Positions 1 through 11,462 of a DNA stretch of 64,000 bases are shown here, piece by piece (the stretch's first letter is position 1; every line of letters begins with the position of its first letter). Under the pieces are notes generated by a model, which searched no databases, had not been told where the DNA came from, and saw nothing but the letters and a program-made list of their open reading frames with translations. Made by a program: the position numbers and the translations under genes. The DNA comes from Carcharhinus amblyrhynchos. Lineage: Eukaryota. The stretch lies in contig OZ336877.1 in the NCBI GenBank assembly GCA_965287045.1, forward strand, positions 85,498,001 through 85,562,000, in the 5' to 3' direction.

Positions 1-365
1 CATATAAGATAATGAAGGGGCTAGACAGGGTAGAAGCAGTGAGATTATTTCCACTTAGAATGGAAACAAGAACTAGAGGGCGCAGCCTCAAAATATGGGG
101 GAGTCAATTTAGAACAGAGTTGAGGAGAAACTTCTTCTCCCAGAGGGTAGTGAATCTTTGGAATTCTCTGCCCATTAAAGCAGTGGAGGCTACCTCATTA
201 AATGTGCTTAAGTCACAGATAGATAGATTTTTGACCAATAAGAGAATTAAGGATTATGGGGAGCAGGCGGGTAAGTGGAACTGAACGACTATAAGATCAG
301 CCATGATCTTATTGAATAGCTCGAGGGGTTAGATGGCCTACTCCTGTTCCTATTTCTTATGTTCT
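1..365 (+). mobile_element. CR1/HER1-type LINE 3' end fragment
   Basis: ORF 12-284 gives the CR1 ORF2 C-terminus (TRGRSLKI...RRNFFSQRVVNLWNSLP), followed by a 3' UTR ending in TTCTTATGTTCT. Confidence 0.9.
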
Positions 366-1176
366 ATTTGGAAAGGCTGAGTGCGTTGGCATATGCATGA
401 CAGATGTAGTATGATGTGGATAAATGTGAGATTACAGATTATTACTTGAATGGATGTAAATTGAGGGAGGTGGATACTCAGCAAGACCTTGGTGTCTTCG
501 TAGTCACTGAAAGTAAGCATTCAGGTACAGCAGCCAGTAATGAAGGCAAATGGTATGTCGGCTTTCATAGCAAAAGGATTTCAATATGAGAATAGGGATG
601 TTTTACTGCAATTATATAGGATGTCAGTGAGGCTGTACCTGGAGTATTGTGTGCCATTTTGGTGTCCTTATCTGAGGATGTCCTTGCTATAGTGGGAGTA
701 CAGTGAAGGTTTACCAGGCTGATTCCTGGGATGGCAGGTCTGTCATATAAGGAGAGACTAAGTTGGTTAGAATTATATTCACTGGCATTTAGAAGAGTGA
801 AAGGTGATTTCATAGAAACTTATAAAGTTCTAACAGGGTTAGACAGGGTAGATTCAGAAAGAATGTTCCCAATGGTGGGGGAGTTTCAGAACTAGGGGTT
901 AAAGTTTGAGGATAAGGAGCAAACCTTTAGAACTCAGTTGAGGAGAAATTTCTTCATCCAGAATGTGTAGACTTCACGACCACAAAAAGTAGTTGAGGCT
1001 AAAACATTGCCTGATTTCAAGAAAAAGTTAGATATAGCTCTTGGGGCTATAGGGATAAAGGGATATGGGGGGAAGGGGGAATGAGAATATTGAATTTGAT
1101 GATTAGCCAGGATCAAAATGAATGGCGAAGCAGGTGCAAAGGCCCGAATGATCTACTCCTGCTTCTAGTTGCCATG
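366..1176 (+). mobile_element. Degenerate CR1 LINE 3' fragment
   Basis: Frameshifted motifs DKCE, LEYCV.FW and RRNFF, plus a CR1-type 3' UTR near 1090-1175. Confidence 0.85.
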
Positions 1177-1521
1177 GTAACAAAAGTATGTTCTGCAAAC
1201 AAATTCAATGCAACAAAATTGCCTAGATTTTTTTCAGAACTGTAGAGAATCCATGGCTTATCCAAAATGTTGCAAAATTCAGTAGCCTATAGTCTCACCT
1301 GCATTTTTGACAGAACCGATGAGAAAGTTGGTGAGGCAGGACTCACACATGGGGGAAACATTGCCAGGAAGGGGGTGAGGGGAGGCAGGTAATCTGCTCA
1401 AAAATATTAGTGTTAAAAAGGCCTGAAAATAGGAGTACTCCACGCTAGTTTTTGGGCGAGTTTGGTATAGCAATCTTTGCACACTCGCGTCAGTTTTTCT
1501 AACAGCTGATAGATTTGCATT

Positions 1522-2492
1522 GGTTGGGGTGGAAAGGGGGTGCGGGGGAACAGGAGTGGAGGGAAGGGAGGTGGAGGGAAACGGGGGTGATGAGGGGGAC
1601 GGGGAGAGGGACAGGGAGGGGCGGACGGGGAGGGGAGACAGGGAGGGGGGAAATGGGGAGGGGGGAACAGGGAGAGGGATCGGGGGCGGCTGAAAGGAGG
1701 AGCCACGAGGGGAAGCCAGGAGGGAGAGCCGGGAGAGGGAGCCGGGACGGGGAGCAGGGAGGGGGATGGGGAGGGGACGGGGAGTGGGGAGCAGGGAGGG
1801 GGTTGGGGAGGGGGATGGGGAGCAGGGAGGGGGACGGGAAGAGAGGAGGGGTATGGGGAGGGGACGGGGGATGGGGACGGGGGATGGGGAGGGAGACTGA
1901 GTGGGGAATGGGAATGGGGGGACAGGAATGGGCACGGGGACAGGGGAACAGGGGGGCTGGGATGAGGGGGCGGCAGAGCGGAAATGGAGGCGGGGTGACG
2001 GGATCAAGGGGATGGGGACAGGGACGGGGAGATGGGGGGACAGGGACAGGGAGACGGGGGAACGGGCACGGGGAGACGGGGGAACGGGCACGGGGAGACA
2101 GGGGTACGGGCACGGTCAGACGGGGGGGCAGGCATAGGGAGACAAGAAACGGGAGAGGGGTGACAAGGGGAAAGGGATGGGGGGGATGGGAACGGGGGGG
2201 GGGTGATAGGGACGGGGAGATGAATGGACAGAGATGGGACTGGGGAGACAGAGACGGGAATGAGAGGTCGGGGATGTGGGAACAGGGGGACAGGAGGATA
2301 GGGACTGCAGGCCAGGCACAGGAGGGGAGGGGGGGAGTAGGGAGGAGGGAGAGGAGCAGAGGAGGAGGGTGAGGAGGGGCAGAGGGGGAGGGGGAAAGAG
2401 GAGGGGGAGAAGGAGGGAGATGGGGGGAGGGAATAAAGGGGAGGGAGTAGGTGGGACAGGGAGGGGAGGGAAGTGTGGGGGAGGGGGGAGAG
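1522..2492 (+). repeat. G/purine-rich low-complexity tract with a short 22-bp tandem unit near 2056-2115
   Basis: Almost all G/A on the + strand (GGGGA, GGGACG units). GGGGGAACGGGCACGGGGAGAC-like unit occurs 2-3 times. Confidence 0.9.
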
Positions 2493-2519
2493 AGCAGCAG
2501 AGCAAATCAGTCACCATTG

Positions 2520-3250
2520 CACAGGGAGCCCCAATCTTCCAGTAAATTGGTAGACTTCCTACCAGCCCCTTCACCCCACAACATGAAATCGGAGACACAG
2601 GTTGTTAACTTCAGGCCATCAGGACCCTCCCGAAGAGTCCCCTGGCGGATCCCCTACACATCTCCCCATGCACACCCACCGTACCACCCCCTGGCGAATC
2701 CCCTGCACCTCTCTCCCCGCACACCCAACCCCACCTGCATACCCCCTCTGCATAACCCCCCGGTCATTTAGCATATGGCCCCATCAAAGCCATATCCCAC
2801 AGGCCCCACCCCCACTCAGGCCTCACCTTCCTTCATAGCACCGCCCCTACAGATCCCACCCCAACTCAGGCCCCACTCCCTTGGCACTGATCCAGGCACA
2901 ATTATGGTGCCCAACTGGACACTGCCAGGGTGTGTGCTCAGAACTGCAAGACTGTCACTGCTCTGTGGACACTGTTCAGCCACCCAAGGGCTTCAATGGG
3001 CTCTGATCCAACCCTGGCCTGGTCATGGCACCTCATCTCTGCTGATGAAGACCAATACTGGTTCACGCCAGCATGATGCCACACTGACGAAGGGAAAGAT
3101 TCTGTGAGGGAAGCAGGTAAGTCATCTAACATTTATGTTAATTGGCCTTGTGTCCTTTCCGGGTGCAAAGCATCTCCAGCAAAACTGCAAATCTTTTTTT
3201 AACCCTCGCCCGTGATCTTCTTGGTTCGCCATGCTGATCAGTTGCCCCCC
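2520..3250. mobile_element. Possible non-autonomous DNA transposon relic (C-rich, Harbinger-derived type)
   Basis: C-rich internal direct repeats (CCCCTGGCGGATCCCC / CCCCTGGCGAATCCCC) and GGCACTG/CACTGCCAGGG motifs. TIR pair not resolved. Confidence 0.3.
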
Positions 3251-4349
3251 TACCCCTCACTCTCCCAAACTCAGCAGCACAATTTAAACTCATTATTGAG
3301 TTCCAAGAAATCCCATTTTTGCTTGAGACTTATCCTGCAGAGTGTGAATTTCAAATTATTTAGTGTAAATGCAAATGTGAATAAAGGGAGGATTAGGTCA
3401 GGGGAACCGCAAGTTGTCAAACTCATCTGCCCTTTAAATTTAAAACGGCCAGTCTATTTAAGAGTTGAAAAAGTATGTACTTACAGTTTCGACATATGTT
3501 TGTTTACAAAGCCTAAATACTATTACTGTAATATTATTATGGCTTGACTGCTTCCACAACCTTTCATTATCCTGTTTGGGAGGTACTTCTATGAAGTTCA
3601 CATTTTGATGGACAATTACAAAAGGTTATTGAATGACTTATGTTGGGTTACATATAAAAATACTTGTTTTTTATAAGGATTAAGTACTTGTGGGAATTTA
3701 AATGTATTTCATGGGCTTTTATAAATTAGAATGGTTTTTCATATAGTGAAATCTGTAATAGGTACTTAGGTCCAGGTTAACATCTTTTGGTTGGGTGCAG
3801 ATCTTACCTGATGACCCTAAGCTCTGTGGAGCAAATGGCCCTGAAGATTGCCAGGTCGCTACAGCTACTGGCTGTTTGTCTTGGTGAATCCCCAGTAGCA
3901 AGTAATAAAGCAAGTGTTGACTTTGCTTTGACACATGGTGGTAACGGTAGATGTCATGCTATCCCTTCAATGGGCACAACGGGACATTGGCAGAGAGGTA
4001 GTCCAATGATGGAATTGAGTCATGTGGCCACCGTGAACATGGTTAAAGCATACATCAGAGCATGTTTTCACTATGAGAAGGACTATACCTAAATATTTCA
4101 TTTTGTCTTTCATATGCAACACAGTTCTGCTGGCTTTGCCACCAGGTCCATATCATCTCTTGGGCAAGAAGATTTCCTAGGAGTTAGCATACATCATATT
4201 AGTGAACGTGCCACCAACTCAAATTCAGGCACTTCAGATGGAGGTAGTCTGCTTTTAGAGTCAGTGGCACAGTCACTGCACCAGAATATAAGAGATGACA
4301 GAGACATAGATTTCTGTCCAAAATCCCCCTTGGAGAAGGGTGGAAAATC

Positions 4350-4855
4350 ATGATGATACTCCAGTGGAGATACGTGAAGTCTCAGGAATCAGTATTTGGG
4401 TATTTGTCCAATCTGGAGCAGTTGTGTGGACATCTGGCAGAGTTTCCCGAGGCAATAGGAGCTCCTGAACTTCAAATGGAGGAAACCATCACCATTATAA
4501 GTTCCACATTGACCATGAGAGATTGGCCAGTGTTGTGGAGGGGCACATGCATTAACACTTGGAGGAATGCAAGAGCAGCTGTCAGCCAAGAAAAGGTGAA
4601 AGCCTCACTCAGTAGCCTGGAACAGTCTGCTCAGTATAAATGCTGATATCCATGGAATACATGAGGAACTGCATACTCATAATGGACATTTGTACTGTTG
4701 GTTGATGTATTGCTGGATTGGATATCTGCTGCGCACCGGCAATTAGCTCCCATCAACCCCACCTGAATACCAACTCAGGCCTGTGCTAAGATCTCCTCAA
4801 CAGCCTCATCCTCTGCCACTTCTCTGCTACCCTCCTCCCCTTCCACCTCACCAAA
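4350..4855 (-). pseudogene. Harbinger (HARBI1-like) nuclease N-terminal relic
   Basis: Minus strand gives an acidic stretch (EVEGEEGSREVAEDEAVEE) then GQSLMVNVELIMVMVSSI*SSG, resembling the ALPVAVKVTVALNFFASGSF motif. Highly decayed. Confidence 0.4.
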
Positions 4856-4859
4856 GCCA

Positions 4860-6565
4860 GAAGAGATTGGAGGGGCATTGAACCAATATTTCTCTTCGGT
4901 GTTCACGCAGGGGGACATGAATGTAGCTGAGGAGAACACTGGGTTGCAGGGGTGTAAACTAGACAGTATTGCAGTTGATAAGGGGGATGTGCTGGATATT
5001 CTTGAGGGTTTGAAAATAGATAAGTCCCCTGGTCCGGACGGGATTTACCCTAGGATTCTCTGGGAGGCAAGAGAGGTGATTGCAGAGCCTCTGGCTCTGA
5101 TCTTCAGGTCGTCGTTGGTCTCAGGTATAGTACCGGAAGACTGGAGGATAGCGAATGTTGTCCCATTGTTTAAGAAGGGGAACAGAGACTTCCCCGGGAA
5201 TTATAGACCGGTGAGTCTTACTTCTGTTGTGGGCAAGGTTTTAGAAAAAATTATTAGGGATAGGATTTATAGTTATTTGGAGAGTAATGAATTGATTGGA
5301 GATAGTCAGCATGGTTTTGTAGCGGGTAGATCGTGCCTTACTAACCTTATTGAGTTTTTTGAGAAGGTGACCAAAGAGGTGGATGGGGGTAAGGCAGTTG
5401 ACGTGGTATATATGGATTTTAGTAAGGCGTTTGATAAGGTTCACCATGGTAGGCTTCTGCAGAAAATGCAGATGTATGGGATTGAGGGTAATCTAGGAAA
5501 TTGGATCAGGAATTGGCTATCAGATAGGAGACAGAGGGTGGTGGTTGATGGTAAATATTTGTCATGGAGTTCAGTTACGAGTGGTGTGCCTCAGGGATCT
5601 GTTTTGGGGCCACTGCTGTTTGTAATTTTTATTAATGATCTGGATGAGGGTATAGTTGGGTGGATTAGTAAATTTGCTGATGACACCAAAGTCGGAGGTG
5701 TGGTAGATTGTGAGGAAGGGTGTCATAGTTTGCAGGGAGACTTAGACAGGTTGCAGAGCTGGGCCAAGAGGTGGCGGATGGAGTTTAATGCAGAGAAGTG
5801 TGAGGTAATTCACTTTGGTAGGAATAACAGATGTGTCGAGTATAGGGCTAACGGGAGGACTCTGAATAGTGTGGATGAACAGAGGGATCTAGGTGTATGT
5901 GTACATAGATCCCTGAAAGTTGGGAATCAAGTAGATAAGGTTGTTAAGAAGGCATACGGTGTCTTGGCGTTTATTGGTAGGGGGATTGAATTTAGGAGTC
6001 GCAGCGTCATGTTGCAACTGTACACAACTCTGGTGCGGTCGCACTTGGAGTATTGTGTGCAGTTCTGGTCCCCACATTATAGGAAGGATGTGGAGGCTTT
6101 GGAGAGGGTGCAGAGGAGGTTTACCAGGATGTTGCCTGGTATGGAGGCGAGGTCCTATGAGGAGAGACTGAGGGATTTGGGGTTGTTTTCGCTAGAAAGA
6201 AGGCAGCTAAGAGGGGATCTTATTGAAACATATAAGATGATTAGAGGTTTAGATAGGGTGGATAGTGATAGCCTTTTTCCTCGGATGGAGGAAGCTAGCA
6301 CGAGGGGGCATGGCTTTAAATTAAGGGGGGGTAGTTATAGGACGGATGTCAGGGGTAGGTTCTTTACCCAGAGGGTGGTGAGGGATTGGAATGCCCTGCC
6401 TGCTGCAGTTGTAAATGCGCCTAGTTTGGGGGCGTTTAAGAGATCCGTGGATAGGTTTATGGATGAAAAGGGATTGGTTTAGGTTAGAGGGTCATTGTTT
6501 TTTAACTGGTCGGCGCAACATCGTGGGCCGAAGGGCCTGTTCTGCGCTGTTATGTTCTATGTTCT
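4860..6565 (+). mobile_element. Young 5'-truncated CR1/HER1 LINE
   Basis: Uninterrupted ORF2 portion, 3' stem-loop GGGCCGAAGGGCCT and TTATGTTCTATGTTCT tail. CpGs retained. Confidence 0.97.
4878..6482 (+). CDS. CR1 ORF2 reverse transcriptase domain and C-terminus (534 aa, no endonuclease, no true start)
   Basis: Motifs KSPGPDG, NYRPVSLTS, DFSKAFDKV, GVPQGSVLGP, FADDTK, EKCEVIHFG and RFFTQRVVRDWNALP. Confidence 0.93.
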   Translation: MNQYFSSVFTQGDMNVAEENTGLQGCKLDSIAVDKGDVLDILEGLKIDKSPGPDGIYPRILWEAREVIAEPLALIFRSSLVSGIVPEDWRIANVVPLFKKGNRDFPGNYRPVSLTSVVGKVLEKIIRDRIYSYLESNELIGDSQHGFVAGRSCLTNLIEFFEKVTKEVDGGKAVDVVYMDFSKAFDKVHHGRLLQKMQMYGIEGNLGNWIRNWLSDRRQRVVVDGKYLSWSSVTSGVPQGSVLGPLLFVIFINDLDEGIVGWISKFADDTKVGGVVDCEEGCHSLQGDLDRLQSWAKRWRMEFNAEKCEVIHFGRNNRCVEYRANGRTLNSVDEQRDLGVCVHRSLKVGNQVDKVVKKAYGVLAFIGRGIEFRSRSVMLQLYTTLVRSHLEYCVQFWSPHYRKDVEALERVQRRFTRMLPGMEARSYEERLRDLGLFSLERRQLRGDLIETYKMIRGLDRVDSDSLFPRMEEASTRGHGFKLRGGSYRTDVRGRFFTQRVVRDWNALPAAVVNAPSLGAFKRSVDRFMDEKGLV

Positions 6566-6576
6566 GCAAGTGCCAG

Positions 6577-7319
6577 TACATAAGATACATTTACTGATCA
6601 GTAGTTCATTAAGCCTTCCTTGAAGCCACACTTAGATGGAAACTGAAAGATGCATGGAGCACATTCATGCTTGAGCCTTTGACCTCTGGATTCTTATGTT
6701 ATATAACATAAGTTGCACAGAGGCTGCAATCCAAGGGAGGTTCCCAATGGATGCCTGCATGAATAAGTAGACCATCAATGTTCCCCACTGTCCATTAGAC
6801 AGATATGTGAGAAGCCTGCCTTGCCCTCTTTCAAAGCAACATGGGAGCAGGCATTTAATGGGAGTGTCCATTAGCACAGGGTGCTGTCTCACCTACAGTG
6901 TGAATGGGTTCACTGTGGTTACTATATTCACAGTTTTTACTATATTCACATTAAATGTAGCACATTTGAACACTTGTTCAATGCATTTTTTCATTTTCAA
7001 ATGACTCTATGTATGCACGTACAACGGAGACCTCAAAAGGAATGACTAAAATGTAAGTTAATTACTGACCAGTAATATTGAGGTAAACATGCTGAGTTGC
7101 ATCTTGATGTGGCTTCATTAGGAGGAATGATATGGTCTGATTGGTGGGGTATATGGGAGGTTCCTCCTCTCTGTTGTATAACATAAGAACCCAGAGGTCA
7201 AAGGTTCAGGCATGAAGGTGCTGTGTGTATCTTTCAGTTTCCATCTAAGTGTGGCTTTAAGGGAGGCTTAATGAACTGATTCAATGATCAGATCCTGGTC
7301 AGTAAGTGCACCTTAAGTA
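6577..7319. repeat. Inverted repeat pair (~6577-6708 and ~7172-7319) with ~460-bp spacer
   Basis: AGTTCATTAAGCC...GCCACACTTAGATGGAAACTGAAAGAT...CCTTTGACCTCTGG.TTCTTATGTTAT is matched by its reverse complement at 7172-7280. Confidence 0.9.
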
Positions 7320-7905
7320 AGAATGCTGGATCCTAAGCATTAATTCTTGCTGTAGTTTTGCACATTAATGCAACCTGAGCTGCGGCCATCAACCTAATAT
7401 AGGTCATGTGCCGTCACCACTAAAATGACTGCATTGTCACTTTCTTTGTCAGACTGTGATTTGAGAGATCTATTTAAACTGATGCATTTGGTGCCCAGTT
7501 CTTAAACAGGAACATGGGTCAGAATAGATATAACACAAAGTATTTCAAATATCTAATCATGATGTGAGAGATGTCATATCTGCATATATAATGCAACATA
7601 AATATAGTGACACAAGTTTAATGGCATAATTCATGCCTTTTTCTGCATTGTGGGCGTGGGCTTGATGGTCTATTTTGCATTATGGGTGTATCATTCATAA
7701 TCAATGGAATTCATGTGGGAGAACCAGGATGAAAAGTATTTGTCACAATGTGTGTTTGAAAGATGTTTACGACCATGTCCACGATGGAGAAGATAGCAGC
7801 AGTCTAAATGTGACTGAATCAAACTCATTTGGTGTTGCTTCGCTCCGATGGGATTGTATAGTGAAGAATATTGTTAAGGTAAAGGCCAGAAACTTAAGAG
7901 TGTTT

Positions 7906-8663
7906 TGTGAGGTAAATCTAGACTCTAAATTTTAGATCTGATTTTGGCACTGGTGAGTATTAGATGTTTCACTCCAGGTATGATTCAAGCGACTCACAAG
8001 AAAGCTTTTATCAAAGTATATTTCAGAACACAGTTAGAATATAACAAAAAGAAATAGCATAACTTTTACCAATTACAATATTTAAACATGACACTGTTTA
8101 ACTCTTAACAGGTAGCTATCTCTGTTGTCCCAAGGTAAAGCAATATCCCACAGGTATACACCTTTCTCTAGCATTAGTTAGCACAAAAACAAGTATGCTT
8201 TGTAACACTTCTGGACAGCAAACCCAATATCAGAATTCAGAGAAGGATATATCCTCCAAACAGCAAAACCTCAGAGGTAAACCCAGTCTTTGGCAGCTTC
8301 AAAAACGGCAACACTTAAACAGCAAAAACTCCCAACTCTAGAGAGGGGGAAAACATGCTGTTTCTGTCAGCTTTAAGCAGCTTCTGAAAGCAAAATAAAA
8401 ACTGGAATGCTCTGTGAAAAATAACTGTCCCTAGCCATCTGACCTGACATCTAAATCACCCCCAATCAAGCTCTACTCTGCAATCGCAAGGGAAAATTAA
8501 AACCATAGAACACTGCATTAGTTCATATTAAAATAATCATGATGTTAGCTATGCTGTTTCAGTAACAATGAAGGACACTGGCTATCGACAATACAGTGCC
8601 AACAAAACATCCTGCAAAGAAATGTGATTAAAATACATTTCTTAAAGGCACAGTATCGTCACA
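7906..8663 (-). mobile_element. Probable Gypsy-type solo LTR
   Basis: Minus strand starts TGTGACGATACTGTGCCTTTAAG and ends CCTCACA (TG...CA with TGTGA/TCACA termini). No TSD seen. Confidence 0.5.
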
Positions 8664-8789
8664 ACATGCAATCATTGAGATACTGTGGCATCAAGGTGTA
8701 ATGATATTTGTATGGAGACATGTTACCAGGGACTGTGTGATGACATATGTTATTTTGAAAATGTTTCTGAAAATCTATTCTGCACAAGG

Positions 8790-10090
8790 ACACTCCTCTT
8801 GCACAGAATCAGCCTGTCGAATGTCCTTACCTCTACCATTGGCAAGTTTCTCCACCTCTCCTTCATCTTCTTCCTCCTTAATGAATTGGAGCTCTGCTCA
8901 TGACATCACCTTCATCAAGTTGGAGGCCTCTCCACTGCACAGTATTGTGCAGCAAATAAGTATTCTTGAAACCTTTTCTTGGGCATATTGGAGAACTCCA
9001 TCTACGTGATCAAGGCATCATTATTTCTTGTGGGCAGGATGATGGTACAGTAGTTAGCATTGCTGCCACACAACTCCGGGTACCTGGGTTCACTTCCGGC
9101 CTCGGGTGACTGCCTGTGTGGAGTGTGCACATTCTCCTAGTGTCTGTATGAGTTTCCTGTGGATGTTCTGGGTCCTTCCCAAAGTACACAGATATACAGG
9201 TTAGGTGGATTGGCCATGCTAAATTGCCCAAGTGTCGAAAGATATCTTGGTTAATTGGATTAACCATGGCAAATGCATAGGGTTATGGGTACAGGACAAG
9301 GGGTAGGGCCTGATTAAGATGCTCTTTCGAAGAGTTGGTACAGACTTGTTGAGTGAACAAAGAACGAAGTACAGCACAGGAACTGGGCCTTCAAACCATC
9401 AAGCCTGTGCTGATCACATTGTCTTATCTAGGTCAATTTCCTGTAACTGAAATGGCATCCTTCTGCACTGTAGGGATTCTATGATTGCTAAAATGCCAGT
9501 GGCCTGCTCATTAGTGCTCCTGGTGACAACACAGTTGCTATTATAATTTCACTCTGCCTCAGATTGTAGGTGGCTGAGGGGGAGAGGGGGGAATAGCCAT
9601 GTGACTTGAGAGCCAAGCAGAAACCAATGCATTCCCCTGCATGAGCAAACAAGGCATTAATCATTTCTTTAATGTATTGCATGCTGCTGACTGGGATATA
9701 CCGACCAAGTCTCCTGTTGAGCCCTGGACAGCACCATGGAAGTTCAGTTTGATGGTTACCTTCATAGCCACTGGCAGGGCATGGTGGTCGTTGGATTATG
9801 GCTCCAGTTGCTGCTGTATCATGTGACAAATGTCTGTGGTAACAACATGGCTCAACCTGAATCTTCTTTGGTACTGTCTGGTGTGATGCCCTCCATCTGT
9901 ACATCCTCCACACAGTATACAAACTGGCCGTCCTCTCTCTCCTTCTCCTTGCTAGTGCCTCTTCCTCGTGATCTTTGACCCTTCCTCTGGGTTCCAGTTG
10001 CTCTCTTTGACTGACTTTTACTGCCTCTATGTGAAAGAGTGTCATGCCCATCCTCCATGCTCCCTCAGATGAAGCATTATGCACACTCCT
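8790..10090 (-). pseudogene. Harbinger DDE nuclease (HARBI1-like) pseudogene, internally deleted and split by a SINE
   Basis: Minus strand gives ALPVAMKVTIKLNF...GSTGDLVGISQSAA, IKEMINALF, and after the SINE CLDHVDGVLQYAQEKVSRILICC with an acidic tail. Confidence 0.85.
9031..9487 (+). mobile_element. HE1-like V-SINE with a small antisense CR1-tail fragment (~9355-9445) inside
   Basis: tRNA-like head (GGTACAGTAGTTAGC...GGGTTCACTTCC), core GTTAGGTGGATTGGCCATGCTAAATTGCCC and tail CTGTAGGGATTCTATGATT. Confidence 0.88.
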
Positions 10091-10241
10091 GAAGAACTAA
10101 TTTCTTTCTTGCACCTGCATGCAACAGTCAATGGGGGCAATGAAAACTTGTTCTGGCAGACCCTTCTTCCCACTCGTTTGAGTCATGACAAGATAGTGGG
10201 AGTTACGTTACTGGTACTTCGGGTGCACTAAATGAAATCTT

Positions 10242-10550
10242 CACAAAAACACAAGAAATAGAGGCAGGAATATACCATATGACCTGTTAAGCCTGCTCCC
10301 ACAAGATCAACTTGCTCCGCATATCCTTTCATTCCTTGACAGATCAGAAATCTGTCTATTCCAGCCTTAACCACATTCAATGATGGAGCATGAATAATAC
10401 TCAACTGTAGAGAGTTTTAAAGATTCACAATCCTTTAAGTGAAGTAATTTCTCCTCATCTCAGTCCTAAATGATCCTGAGTCTGCCTCCATGTATTAGAT
10501 TCCCCAACCAGCAGAAGTGTCTACACTATTAAGCCCCCTTATAATCTTGA
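10242..10550 (-). mobile_element. CR1 3' fragment
   Basis: Reverse complement of the CR1 3' UTR and ORF2 end (CACAAGAAATAGAGGCAGGA..., AATTTCTCCTCATCTCAGTCCTAAATG). Confidence 0.75.
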
Positions 10551-11142
10551 TAAAGATGTCACTGATGTAAACTGCTGTGCCTCTATGATTCCTGATATTT
10601 ACAGGTTAAGAGCCACAGTGACTATGACAGTCACTGTTAAATGCCCTGGGTCGAGGCTCAAGTTGTAGCTGTAATAGGTCACACAGCTCACTGATAGCCT
10701 GAGACATTACTCTTCAATGGAATTTAGTTAGAAGAAATGCTCCTTTAAAACATATTAATAGTGTGGTTTCCTGCATGGCATGCTCCTCCTTCCTTGCATG
10801 GCTGTTCCTGCTCTCTTCTATTTTCACACTCATTTAGCATTATCCTCCAGCATTCAAGTTATCCTTACGAGACAACGATTGAACTAGTGACGTCTTATCA
10901 GAGTCAGAAATCAATTATAGAAATAAGAAAATGGAGCAAAAAATACATGATCACGCAAGCTGCTTTAAAAGGATAAACCAACAACTAACTGGATATTCAG
11001 GATGAGCCTTTTAAATAGAGCTGATGAAGGATACTTGATGTCCATTATGTCACAAGTTCGTGAACGATAATTTCTCACGTGAGTCAGGTGCTGTCATAGC
11101 CCAATTTCACAAAAGGATCTCACTATAAGGACAGGACACTTT

Positions 11143-11462
11143 CAGGGTAGCACAGTGGCAGAGTGGCACGGTGGCCCTGCTGCCCCACAGCACCATGGAC
11201 TCAGGTTCAATTCCCAGCTTACATTGTCACTGTCTGTGTGGAGCCTGCATATTCTCTCCATGTCAGCGTGGGTTTCCTCCGGGTGTTCCAGTTTTTTCCC
11301 ACAGTCCAAAGATGTGCTGGTTAGGTGCATTGGCCACGCTAAATTCTCCTTCAGTGTACCCCCAAACAGGTGCTGGAGAGTGGCAACTAGGGGATGTTTA
11401 CAATAACTTCATTCCAGTGTTAATGTAAGCCTACTTGTGACACTAATAAATAAACTTTTAAA
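11143..11462 (+). mobile_element. HE1-like SINE variant with a non-CR1 3' tail
   Basis: Same tRNA head and core as HE1, but it ends GTGGCAACTAGGGG...AACTTCATT.CAGTGTTAATGTAAGCCTACTTGTGACACTAATAAATAAACT. Confidence 0.85.

Noticed and set aside
1279-2598. Long Pro-rich and Gly/Arg-rich ORFs (up to 285 aa) on both strands
   Set aside because: They arise from the G-rich low-complexity tract, which lacks stops in several frames. There is no domain signature.
4878-6482. Host or domesticated reverse transcriptase gene
   Set aside because: It is 5'-truncated with no ATG start or endonuclease, and it ends in a standard CR1 3' UTR and tail.
7675-7935. 86-aa ORF with AAG|GTAAAG as an exon
   Set aside because: No clear acceptor or homology, and it runs into the probable solo LTR.
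9488-10084. Functional HARBI1 gene
   Set aside because: The motifs are spread across frames, the catalytic core is deleted and a SINE interrupts it.
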